Shown here piece after piece: positions 1 through 8,845 of a stretch of 64,000 nt of DNA (position 1 is the stretch's first letter; every line of letters starts with the position of its first letter). The position numbers were made by a program, and so were the translations under genes. The notes below the pieces were generated by a model, which made no database searches, was not told the DNA's origin, and worked only from the letters and a program-made list of their open reading frames with translations. This DNA is from Coprothermobacterota bacterium. GTDB taxonomy: Bacteria; Coprothermobacterota; HKB111. The stretch spans positions 7,780 to 71,779 of the forward strand of contig JBBIUB010000003.1 in assembly GCA_037440465.1 (NCBI GenBank), read 5' to 3'.

Positions 1-2375
1 ATTCTTACAATTCCGTTTTCATCTAAATCTTTGAGGGCTTCCTCGCTTTCTCCTGGAATATCATTAGTTATTTCCTCTTGTCCTACTTTTAATTCTCTCG
101 TATGAACTTCATATTCTTCCATATGAAGAGAAGTAAAAACATCATCTTTAACAAGTCTTTCACTGATTATAATTGCATCTTCGTAGTTATAACCTTCCCA
201 AATCATGAAAGCAACAAGAATATTTCTACCGAGAGACAACTCTCCTTGAGAAGTAGCTTGACTGTCTGCTAAGATATGTCCTTTCTCAACTTTCTGACCT
301 TTTTCCACCACAGGGAACTGATTAAAAACAGTGCTTTGATTTGTACGTAGTAATTTGGCAAGGGTATAGTCATTCCTGTTCCCTTCATTAGCCAACACTG
401 AAATCTTCGAAGCATCTACATAATCTACTACACCAGATTCTGATGAAAGTACAACTTCACCGGAATCCATGGCAACTTTCTTTTCCAATCCTGTTCCCAC
501 CAGAGGAGGTTCTGGATAAAGTAGAGGTACGGCCTGTCTGTACATGTTGGAGCCCATCAGAGCACGGTTTGCATCATCATGTTCGAGAAATGGTATAAGA
601 GCTGCTGAAATGCTGAAAACCTGCTTTGGCGAAACATCTATAAGGTCTACTTTTTCCTTATGTACGCTTATTAGGTCAGCACCTTTTCTTATCATAATCT
701 CATCAACAAGAATGTTCCCATCTTCATCCATAGGGGTAGTAGCATCAGCAATGTGATAGTTCCTTTCTTCGTCTGCAGTAAGATGCACGAGTTCTTGTGT
801 TCTTCGCCCTGCTATTACTTTAAAGTAAGGTGTTAACAAAAATCCATGCTCATTGGTAAAACTATAAGTTGCAAGAGAGTTTATTAGCCCAATATTGGCA
901 CCCTCTGGAGTTTCAATTGGACATATACGACCATAGTGAGAATGATGTACATCTCTTACTTCTATGCCAGCTCTCTCTCTGTGTAATCCGCCTGGCCCAA
1001 GAGAACTTAATCTACGTTTATGTGTAAGTGAAGCTAAAGGATTTATTTCATCAAGAAACTGGGATAATTGGCTTGTAGTAAAAAATTCCTTGCAAGCTGT
1101 AGTCAGTGGGCGCGAACTAACCAGGCGAGTTGGCGACATATCTTGTAAAGTGGTTGTGGTCATCTTATCGCGTATAATTCGCTCGAGTTTTGCCAAACCC
1201 CCTTTAAGATGAGCTAATAGAAGTTCCCCTACAAGACGAACCCTTCTATTTCCCAGGTGGTCAATGTCATCAAAATAGCCTACTCCTTCATATAGGTTAA
1301 TAATAACCCTTGTAATGGCAATGAAGTCTTCTGGTGTTAATGTTGTTATATTGAGAGGGGTATTAAGACCGAGCCGTTTATTAAGTTTATAACGACCTGC
1401 AACTTTTAAATCGTTTCTCTTGGTTTCAAAAAGAAGTTGGTTCAGATATCTCTTTGCTGTATCAATATTATGCATCTCTCCAGGTTTAAGTTTTTTATAA
1501 ATTTCCAGGTACGCCTCACCACTACTTGTAATTGAATCCTTCTTGAGAGTAGCCTGCAAAGCTTTAGGAATATCATATTTAACTGCAGAAACTTTAATAA
1601 ATCCCTTTTCTTTTAAGAGAGATACTGAATGGTCGTTTAAAAGATTATCTTTTTCTTTAAGAACTTCTCTTATGTTTTCACTGATCTTACTTTCATGTAA
1701 ATAACAATCTGGTGGGATCGAATCATTATTCAAATCAAGCTCTATTTCTTCAGCAGCACTAAATGTTTTAATAATATCAAAAGAATTGCATTGTCCTATT
1801 GCTTTTAGGAGAGTAGTTATGGGGACACGACGACTTTTTTTATCCATACGAACCCACATTACCCCATTCATCTCCGTCTCAAAATCCATCCATGTGCCAC
1901 GGTCTGGAATTAAAGAAGCTTTAATAAAAAGTGATCCAGGTTGTTCTTCAGGCACTTTTTCAAAATATATACCAGGCGAGCGAGTTAGTTGACCGACAAC
2001 AACGCGTTGAGTGCCATTAACAACAAACGTTCCAGACTTACTAATTAGCGGAATATTTGCCAGTATAACTTCTTGCTCTTTTATTTCACCGCTTGGAAGT
2101 TTTAACCTTGCAGTTGCTTTAAGTCTTCCTTGATAGGTTAGCCCTTTTTCCATCGCATCTTCAATAGAAATAGAAGAATCTTCAACTCGAGCTTGTGTTA
2201 GTTCCAGCACTGAACCGGCTTCTTTAATCGGACTTAAACCTTTGAGTAACTCATCTACTCCATCTCTTAAAAACATACGATATGAAGCTAATTGAAGCTC
2301 AAGAAAATTAGGGGCTTCATAAATTTCTTTTATCTTTCCTAAATTAACTACTTTAGTAAGTGCTGAAACAGCCAT
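1..2375 (-). CDS. rpoB: DNA-directed RNA polymerase subunit beta (5' part, runs off window start)
   Basis: Manual translation: starts MAVSALTKVVNLGKIKE after GAGGTG SD; contains VNGTQRVVVGQLTRSPG, SQLSQFLDEINPLASLTHKRRLSSLGPGGL, HYGRICPIETPEGANIGL, LEHDDANRALMGSNM, WEGYNYEDA; absent from the ORF track because no stop codon lies inside the window. Confidence 0.99.
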   Translation of the reverse strand, partial: MAVSALTKVVNLGKIKEIYEAPNFLELQLASYRMFLRDGVDELLKGLSPIKEAGSVLELTQARVEDSSISIEDAMEKGLTYQGRLKATARLKLPSGEIKEQEVILANIPLISKSGTFVVNGTQRVVVGQLTRSPGIYFEKVPEEQPGSLFIKASLIPDRGTWMDFETEMNGVMWVRMDKKSRRVPITTLLKAIGQCNSFDIIKTFSAAEEIELDLNNDSIPPDCYLHESKISENIREVLKEKDNLLNDHSVSLLKEKGFIKVSAVKYDIPKALQATLKKDSITSSGEAYLEIYKKLKPGEMHNIDTAKRYLNQLLFETKRNDLKVAGRYKLNKRLGLNTPLNITTLTPEDFIAITRVIINLYEGVGYFDDIDHLGNRRVRLVGELLLAHLKGGLAKLERIIRDKMTTTTLQDMSPTRLVSSRPLTTACKEFFTTSQLSQFLDEINPLASLTHKRRLSSLGPGGLHRERAGIEVRDVHHSHYGRICPIETPEGANIGLINSLATYSFTNEHGFLLTPYFKVIAGRRTQELVHLTADEERNYHIADATTPMDEDGNILVDEIMIRKGADLISVHKEKVDLIDVSPKQVFSISAALIPFLEHDDANRALMGSNMYRQAVPLLYPEPPLVGTGLEKKVAMDSGEVVLSSESGVVDYVDASKISVLANEGNRNDYTLAKLLRTNQSTVFNQFPVVEKGQKVEKGHILADSQATSQGELSLGRNILVAFMIWEGYNYEDAIIISERLVKDDVFTSLHMEEYEVHTRELKVGQEEITNDIPGESEEALKDLDENGIVR

Positions 2376-2426
2376 TTAATCAATCACCTCAATATTTTTT
2401 ATAATATTCGAGAGATATAAAAGGAT

Positions 2427-2435
2427 ATTATACCA
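2427..2435 (-). promoter_or_regulatory. Extended -10 promoter (TGGTATAAT) for rpoB
   Basis: TGnTATAAT about 50 nt upstream of the rpoB ATG. Confidence 0.6.
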
Positions 2436-2517
2436 TAAAATGGGAATTTTATATGAATAAATTTGATAAATGATCTCATTTATTCTACCATTTAGTTTCT
2501 AAACTAAAAGAATAAAA

Positions 2518-2606
2518 GGGGTCCGGCATTCTAAGATTCAAGTGGTAGTAAATTCAAATCCTTCACTTAAATCCTTAACCACTCGAATCCTTGAACCCTT
2601 CTAAAC
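2518..2606. repeat. Intergenic octamer-based inverted repeat element (copy 1)
   Basis: GATTCAAGTGGT (2535-2546) is inverted to ACCACTCGAATC (2578-2589); flanking 8-mers GGGGTCCG, CTCGAATC, CTTGAACC resemble those at 58765-58908. Confidence 0.7.
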
Positions 2607-3836
2607 TTATTGAATCCCACTCATTAAAGAGAATATAGGCATAAACATGGTAAGTACAAGAAAAGCTATAATTCCTCCCAGGAATATTAACATAACTGGT
2701 TCAATCGCTGCCGTAAGAGAGGCAATAGCATACTCTACTTCTCCATCATAGTACTCAGATAACTTCTTTAGAGTTTCTCCAAGAGCACCCGATTCTTCAC
2801 CAGATCCAACTAAACCCATAAACATGGCTGGATACAAACCGCTTCTCCCCAAAGCACTCCTGAAAGTTTTACCACGCTCAAGCTCGGTCCTGAGTAATAC
2901 CATATCTTCAGCATATATCGTGTTATCGATTACTTCTCCCATTACTCTAAGGGCCTCAACCAGGGGTACTCCACTTTCCAAAAGAAGACTAAGAGTCCCA
3001 GCAAATTGTGAAAGTACTGCTTTTCGCATAAAAGAACCTATCAGAAATAATTTTAGAATGATTCTATCTTTAGCTCTTTTACCTTCTTGAGTCTTAAGAA
3101 ATCTTCTCAAGAAATAAACCAGAGCACTAAATAGAGCTAACGCAATATACCAGAATCTTAATAATATTGATGAAAAAGCTATTACTATTTTTGTTGGAAG
3201 GGGTAGCTCAACACCTAACTCTTGAAGTAAACTTGCAAAACCCGGGATAACAAATGTAGTAAGACCTACCACCATAATAAATGCTGCCGATAAAACTATA
3301 ACAGGGTATGTCAAAGCTGATTGAATTTTAGCTCTTAACTTTACTTCTTTCTCAAGATACATGGAGAGTTCATCTAAAACCTCTCCAACCTTTCCTGTAA
3401 CTTCTCCACTTTTTACTACGCTAATAAAGAAACTGGAAAATATATTCCTATGCTTTACTAAAGCTGCAGAAAGTGATAGACCTTTTTCGATATCTGCTTG
3501 AATTTCTTTGGTTACTCTTCTCAAAGTTGGGTTTTCAACCTGGTCAGCGAGTGTAACAAGTGAAATTATTAAAGGTGACCCCCTAATGAGTATGGAAAAT
3601 TGTCTTGCATACAATGCAATCTCTTTAAGAGAAACTCTACTTCGTAAAAATTTAAAAGGAAAAATACCTCCACCTTCTCGGCTACCAGCAATCTTACCTC
3701 TAATTTGATTTACTGAAATTACTGTAAGCCTACTATCACCTAATGTTTTAGCCGCTTGAGATGGTAAATCGGCTTCTATAACCCCTTCTATAGTTTTTCC
3801 TTGCGGGTCTATGGCTTTATATTTAAACACTGCCAT
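2607..3836 (-). CDS. pilC: Type IV pilus inner-membrane platform protein PilC (T2SSF family)
   Basis: Two T2SSF repeats (SGEVTGKV..ALTYP; SGEESGAL..IEP); start moved from 3893 to the MAVFKYKA ATG at 3836. Confidence 0.93.
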   Translation of the reverse strand: MAVFKYKAIDPQGKTIEGVIEADLPSQAAKTLGDSRLTVISVNQIRGKIAGSREGGGIFPFKFLRSRVSLKEIALYARQFSILIRGSPLIISLVTLADQVENPTLRRVTKEIQADIEKGLSLSAALVKHRNIFSSFFISVVKSGEVTGKVGEVLDELSMYLEKEVKLRAKIQSALTYPVIVLSAAFIMVVGLTTFVIPGFASLLQELGVELPLPTKIVIAFSSILLRFWYIALALFSALVYFLRRFLKTQEGKRAKDRIILKLFLIGSFMRKAVLSQFAGTLSLLLESGVPLVEALRVMGEVIDNTIYAEDMVLLRTELERGKTFRSALGRSGLYPAMFMGLVGSGEESGALGETLKKLSEYYDGEVEYAIASLTAAIEPVMLIFLGGIIAFLVLTMFMPIFSLMSGIQ

Positions 3837-4929
3837 CTTTATAAACCCCCTTTTCTCGGAGGATTCTCTCCATCTCTCTTCTATTAAAAGCAAAACCTAG
3901 CGCAACTCTTTGGGATATACGACCAGCAAGCACAAGCCTGACCAGGTCCTGGTCCATAGTGTGCATCCCGTAATCTGAACCAGTTTGTATGATTGTAGGC
4001 AATTGATTGGCCTTACCTTCTCTTATTAAATTTCTAACTGCCTGGGTAGCAACCATAACTTCAGTTACTAAAACTCTACCTCTTCCACTGGCATGAGGTA
4101 AAAGTAATTGACTAATAATACCTTCCAGAACCTCTGAGAGCTGATACCGAATCTGGTTTTGCTGTGCAGAATGAAAAACATCTATCATCCTATCAATGGT
4201 CTGTGAAGCACTATTTGTATGTACTGTTGCCAGTACTAAATGTCCTGTTTCAGCCAGAGTAATTACAGAAGATATGCTTTCTAAATCTCTCATTTCACCT
4301 ACCATTATTACATCTGGATCTTCCCTTAAAGCAGAACGTAAAGCACGGGGGAAACTTGGTGTGTCTTTTCCTACTTCCCTTTGATTGATGATTCCTTTCC
4401 CGTGGCGATGCAGGTACTCTATAGGGTCCTCAATAGTTAATAAATGACAGGATCTGTTATGATTGATATAATTAACAGCAGATGCCAATGTTGTTGATTT
4501 ACCAGAACCTGTTGGTCCAGTTACTAATATAAGTCCTCTGGGTTTCAATACAAGTTCAGCCATTACTATAGGAACACCCAGGTCAGAAAAAGTTGGGATA
4601 CGATCCGATAAGATTCTTATTGCTGCACTAACACTACCTCGTTGATGATATACATTAACCCTGAAACGTCCCAACCCTTTTACCCCAAAAGATGTATCCC
4701 ATTCCAGAACTGATTTTCCTAATTCTTTGAGCTCCTCTTCAGGTAACATAGGAAACAAAAGCTTTTTTATCTCCTCAGAAGTCATAATTGGGTATTCATC
4801 TAACTTTCTGAGTTGCCCATCAACTCTCGTATAAGGAGATACACCGGTTACAAGGTGGACATCTGAGGCTTTTGAGGCGATAGCCTTTACTAAAATATCA
4901 GTTAAAGTAAAATCTGCCTGTTGTTCCAT
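3823..4929 (-). CDS. pilT: Type IV pilus retraction ATPase PilT
   Basis: GPTGSGKST, TIEDPIE, ALREDPDVIMVGEMRD, AETGHLV, AVRNLIRE motifs. Confidence 0.96.
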   Translation of the reverse strand: MEQQADFTLTDILVKAIASKASDVHLVTGVSPYTRVDGQLRKLDEYPIMTSEEIKKLLFPMLPEEELKELGKSVLEWDTSFGVKGLGRFRVNVYHQRGSVSAAIRILSDRIPTFSDLGVPIVMAELVLKPRGLILVTGPTGSGKSTTLASAVNYINHNRSCHLLTIEDPIEYLHRHGKGIINQREVGKDTPSFPRALRSALREDPDVIMVGEMRDLESISSVITLAETGHLVLATVHTNSASQTIDRMIDVFHSAQQNQIRYQLSEVLEGIISQLLLPHASGRGRVLVTEVMVATQAVRNLIREGKANQLPTIIQTGSDYGMHTMDQDLVRLVLAGRISQRVALGFAFNRREMERILREKGVYKDGSV

Positions 4930-4933
4930 TCCA

Positions 4934-6658
4934 TCACACCTCCACAGTACTTATAATCCTAAATGCTTCTTCAAGTGTAGTTATACCTGAAACAGCCTTT
5001 AGTAACGCATCTTGTAACATATTTTTAATTCCATTCCTCATTGCTGTCTCTTTTATCTGAGAAGCAGAAGAATTTTTTATGACTAAACTTCTAATATCCT
5101 CATCAATCCTTAAAATCTCATGTACACCTGTACGACCAAGATAACCTGTGTTTCTACACTTAGTGCAACCCTTCCCTTTACGAAAATTGGGGTTTTTATA
5201 CCCCAATAATTCAATAAGATGCTTTTCAAAAAGAGCAAGGTAATCACTTGGAGGAGTATAGCCTTCGCTGCAGTTTGTACACACCAGACGAGCCAATCTT
5301 TGAGCAGTAACCCCTATCAGCGATGAAGCAATGAGAAATGGCTCAATACCCATATCTATTAACCGAGTAGGGGCTCCAAAGGAATCATTTGTATGTAAGG
5401 TTGATAATACCAAATGCCCGGTTAAGGCAGCCTGCATAGCCATTTCTGCTGTATCTTTATCACGAATCTCACCAACCATAATAATATCGGGATCTTGCCT
5501 AAGTATTGATCTTAAAATATTAGCAAAGGTGAGTCCGACTTTATAGTTCACAGCTACCTGATTAATACCTTTCAATTCATATTCAATAGGGTCTTCCACA
5601 GAGACCAGATTAACCTCTGAAGAATTAAGTTGATTTAGAACAGAATATAGAGTTGTCGTTTTACCTGACCCAGTAGGACCTGTAACTAAAATCATGCCAT
5701 ATGGCTGTTTGATCATATTGTAAAAAGTTTCTTGATTATCTGAATTGAAGCCAAGTTGGGTCAAAGATATTAAGGCTTTGGATTTATCAAGAATCCTCAA
5801 CACTATTTTCTCACCATACATCTTCGGAAGAGTTGATACCCTCAAGTCTATATCCCTTCCACTAAACCTGATGTTAATCCTACCATCTTGAGGAAGACGT
5901 CTTTCAGCAATATCCATATTTGCAATAATCTTGAATCTACTAATAAGAGCTGCTTGCACATTCTTGGGTACTTTCATGGCTTCATGAAGAACACCATCTA
6001 TCCTGTATCTAATAATTACCTGATCTCTCTGAGGTTCAACATGAATATCTGAAGCCCTGTCACGTAAAGCCTGACTCATTATTATGTTTGCAAGCTTTAT
6101 TATAGGTGCCTCTTCAGCCATCTCCTTCAAGTCTCGGACAGAAGCACCTTCAGACTCAGCTTCAACGGCTACTCTACTGTCTACTGATACCATATCCTCA
6201 GAAGCTTCTCTAAGAGATCTTTCAACACCATACACTTTTTCAAGGATATCTACTATTTGACCTCTTGGTGATATACACCACTTTACAGGTTTTTTCATCA
6301 AGGATTTTACTTGATCAAGAGCATAGAAGTTAAGAGGGTTGGAGGTTGCAACTATTACAGAGTCATCTTCATCCAGACCTATAGGGATACTTGAGTTTTT
6401 CCTCGCAATAGCTTCAGGTATTGAACGCACTAAATTCTCATCTATTACATGGTCTCTAAGATTGACAAAAGGCATGCTCCATTCCATACCCAAAGCCTTT
6501 GCTATTGTATCTTCATCTAAAAGACCTAAATTCACTATTACTTCACCGAGATAACCACCTTCAAGCCTTTGAACCTCAAGGGCTTTTTGAATCTGTTCTT
6601 CTGAGATAACACCCATATCCAGTAATATTTGGCCTAATGGTTTACGTTTTTTCTTCAT
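4934..6658 (-). CDS. pilB: Type IV pilus assembly ATPase PilB/GspE with N-terminal MshEN-like domain
   Basis: ASDIHVEP, ERRLPQDGR, GPTGSGKTT, LRQDPD, Zn motif CTNC..CTKC; N-terminal LGQILLDMG repeat. Confidence 0.95.
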   Translation of the reverse strand: MKKKRKPLGQILLDMGVISEEQIQKALEVQRLEGGYLGEVIVNLGLLDEDTIAKALGMEWSMPFVNLRDHVIDENLVRSIPEAIARKNSSIPIGLDEDDSVIVATSNPLNFYALDQVKSLMKKPVKWCISPRGQIVDILEKVYGVERSLREASEDMVSVDSRVAVEAESEGASVRDLKEMAEEAPIIKLANIIMSQALRDRASDIHVEPQRDQVIIRYRIDGVLHEAMKVPKNVQAALISRFKIIANMDIAERRLPQDGRINIRFSGRDIDLRVSTLPKMYGEKIVLRILDKSKALISLTQLGFNSDNQETFYNMIKQPYGMILVTGPTGSGKTTTLYSVLNQLNSSEVNLVSVEDPIEYELKGINQVAVNYKVGLTFANILRSILRQDPDIIMVGEIRDKDTAEMAMQAALTGHLVLSTLHTNDSFGAPTRLIDMGIEPFLIASSLIGVTAQRLARLVCTNCSEGYTPPSDYLALFEKHLIELLGYKNPNFRKGKGCTKCRNTGYLGRTGVHEILRIDEDIRSLVIKNSSASQIKETAMRNGIKNMLQDALLKAVSGITTLEEAFRIISTVEV

Positions 6659-7148
6659 TACTAAACCTCCTTACTACAGATTCCATTAATCTCGATACTT
6701 TAGTCAAAAAAAAGTCCCTATTAGAACTAGGCCTAACAAGAATAGTATAAACCATTTCTCTTTTTCCGAGTAGTACATCCGTAAAAATCTGGTCACCAAT
6801 CAATGCAACCTGTGTAGGTAAGAGTTTCCTTTTATTAATTATCCTTTTTATACTCCTGAGGATTGGCTTAAAAACCCTCCCTTCCCCATTAACATTCAGC
6901 TTATCTTTCATCCTCTGCACTCTGGAAATAGGTGCGTTACTTAAAATAAATATTTCTAATTTTTCTTTCCTTACTTTATCCAACCAAGTCAAAGTTTCAA
7001 CAGAAACTTCTTCTCTCAGATATGGCACCAAAGTGTTATCCAAGTCTACAAAAATGATTTTAATGCCTTTTTCTTTTAAAGCCATTATATCTATATCGTG
7101 AATTCTATTTGCAATCTGATCTGGTTTAATAAAACCCATTCCCACCAT
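6642..7148 (-). CDS. yqeG: YqeG-family HAD IIIA phosphatase
   Basis: DLDNTL, LSN, KP, IGDQIFTD motifs. Confidence 0.9.
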   Translation of the reverse strand: MVGMGFIKPDQIANRIHDIDIMALKEKGIKIIFVDLDNTLVPYLREEVSVETLTWLDKVRKEKLEIFILSNAPISRVQRMKDKLNVNGEGRVFKPILRSIKRIINKRKLLPTQVALIGDQIFTDVLLGKREMVYTILVRPSSNRDFFLTKVSRLMESVVRRFSNEEKT

Positions 7149-7150
7149 CC

Positions 7151-8188
7151 TTAAGGCTTTAGATACTTATTCTTAGCTATTTGGTGTTCATTGAAGGTGC
7201 GTGAAAATTCGTGAGAACCGTCCCCTCTATTTACAAAGTAAAGGTAATCTGTTTTAGCTGGATAAAAAGCTGCTTTTAAGGATTCAAACCCCGGATTAGA
7301 AATAGGAGAAGGGGGAAATCCAGTGTACCGGTAAGTATTATAAGGTGAATCAATGTCTAATTCATTATAAGTAAGTCTATCTTTTGGCTTTTCAAGGATA
7401 TAATTTACGGTAGCACAAGACTCCAGCTTCATCCCAATTTTCAATCTGTTTATAAAGACTGAAGCTACTAATGGTTTTTCCTCAATCAATAATGCTTCTT
7501 TCTCCACAATAGAAGCAAGAATAAGAGCATTATAAAAACCTATCTGTTTGACAGTTGGAGAATCTTCAACTATTCTACTTACCTTACTCTGAAAGTTAGA
7601 TAAAGTAAGGTTTACTAAATCTTTAATAGGTAAACGAGGCACAATGTATGTATCTGGGAAAAGAAAGCCTTCTAATGAAACTGGAATAATATCTATATAA
7701 GGGATGTAAAAGTCCTTGGGGTTTAAGAGAAGAATTACTTCTCCTGACGACAAACCTTCTCTTTCAACAATCTGAGCTATATCCCGTAAGGTTTGTCCCT
7801 CTTTTATGAGAATCTTATACTTCTTAACTTCTTGAGGAGATGTAATTATACTGATTACCTCATTGTTCTTCATATTTTCCCACAGCAAGAACTCTCCTAC
7901 TTGGATAGCTCTATCCAGTCCAGAAGAAATAAGATGCTTTACAAACTTATCTTCATTATTAATTATTCCTTCTTCTTCTAATCTACTTACAATACTTGAA
8001 ACTTCTTCACCTGGAGAAATATAAAAAAGTAGTTCCCTACCTTTCGCTGGCTCAGTATTTATCTTAGTATAAACATAAAAATATGTAGTCATCATAAGAA
8101 GGATGATGAAAAAAATAGACAGAATTAAAATATTGTGAGTTAAGAACTCAGTCTTCGCTGCTTTCCTCATCATCTTCGCTTTCATCAT
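7151..8188 (-). CDS. mltG: Endolytic transglycosylase MltG (exact start uncertain among several ATGs)
   Basis: N-terminal TM helix; LEGFLFPDTY, ASIVEKE, SPYNTY, GFPPSPISNPG, YLYFV. Confidence 0.93.
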   Translation of the reverse strand: MMKAKMMRKAAKTEFLTHNILILSIFFIILLMMTTYFYVYTKINTEPAKGRELLFYISPGEEVSSIVSRLEEEGIINNEDKFVKHLISSGLDRAIQVGEFLLWENMKNNEVISIITSPQEVKKYKILIKEGQTLRDIAQIVEREGLSSGEVILLLNPKDFYIPYIDIIPVSLEGFLFPDTYIVPRLPIKDLVNLTLSNFQSKVSRIVEDSPTVKQIGFYNALILASIVEKEALLIEEKPLVASVFINRLKIGMKLESCATVNYILEKPKDRLTYNELDIDSPYNTYRYTGFPPSPISNPGFESLKAAFYPAKTDYLYFVNRGDGSHEFSRTFNEHQIAKNKYLKP

Positions 8189-8435
8189 CTAAAGACAGCT
8201 CTTGGTCCTCAAGTTCTTTAATAACTTTCTTGAATTCATCCTCATCTTCAATATCTACAAAATCATCACCCTCTACTTTAAGCACAACAGCAAACTCGTC
8301 TTCTTTATCTTCGGGAAGGAATACAGCATATTCTTTACCTTCAACTTCAAGATATTCAAGCAGGTAATATTCCTTATCTTCCCCTGTTTCTTCATTTGTT
8401 AATGTAATGATTATTTCTTCCGCTTCATCTTTCAT
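8148..8435 (-). CDS. DUF1292 (YrzB-like) acidic protein
   Basis: Very acidic, IITLTNEETG..EY..F.DIEDEDEF pattern; usual position between ruvX and mltG. Confidence 0.8.
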   Translation of the reverse strand: MKDEAEEIIITLTNEETGEDKEYYLLEYLEVEGKEYAVFLPEDKEDEFAVVLKVEGDDFVDIEDEDEFKKVIKELEDQELSLDDESEDDEESSED

Positions 8436-8842
8436 TTATTTTTTCTCCTTTCCATATAACTTTGAAGTATCAAGGAAGCTGAAACTTCATCAAGATATTT
8501 TTTTCCCTTTTTTTCCTTTATTCCCTGAAGCTGGAAGCTTTTTAAAGCCTCCTTGGTAGAAAATCTTTCATCATAAAACTCTACCTTAATAAATTTCTCA
8601 ACCTTTTTCGCAAAATCAGATATTTTATCTGCCTGAGAAGTATTTTGTCCTCTTGAGTCGAAAGGCAATCCAATGACTACCATTTCTACTCCTAAATCCT
8701 TAATTAAGTTCTCTAAATAACATATATCTTTCTTATCTCCCCTCCTTTCAATAACCCCAACAGGACTAGCTATCATCTCTGCTTGATCTGTCACTGCTAC
8801 GCCGATTCTCTTATCACCAACATCTAAAGCCATTATTCGCAT
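8432..8842 (-). CDS. ruvX: Holliday junction resolvase-like / pre-16S rRNA nuclease YqgF
   Basis: ALDVGDKRIGVA, VIGLP, DERFST, D..SA..ILQ. Confidence 0.95.
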   Translation of the reverse strand: MRIMALDVGDKRIGVAVTDQAEMIASPVGVIERRGDKKDICYLENLIKDLGVEMVVIGLPFDSRGQNTSQADKISDFAKKVEKFIKVEFYDERFSTKEALKSFQLQGIKEKKGKKYLDEVSASLILQSYMERRKNK

Positions 8843-8845
8843 AAG

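Noticed and set aside
880-1100. Possible rifampicin-resistant RpoB (PEGA instead of PEGP; several cluster I differences)
   Set aside because: Key contacts equivalent to E. coli Q513, D516, H526, R529 and S531 are intact; the differences look like lineage variation.
3570-3600. PilC first repeat reads LIRGSPL, one residue shorter than the second repeat (LLESGVPL)
   Set aside because: The frame is preserved and the rest of the protein is intact; a real indel cannot be distinguished from normal variation without an alignment.
544-3708. Short plus-strand ORFs opposite rpoB and pilC (and similar antisense ORFs throughout the track)
   Set aside because: They lie antisense to or nested in well-conserved genes, with no recognisable motifs; shadow ORFs.
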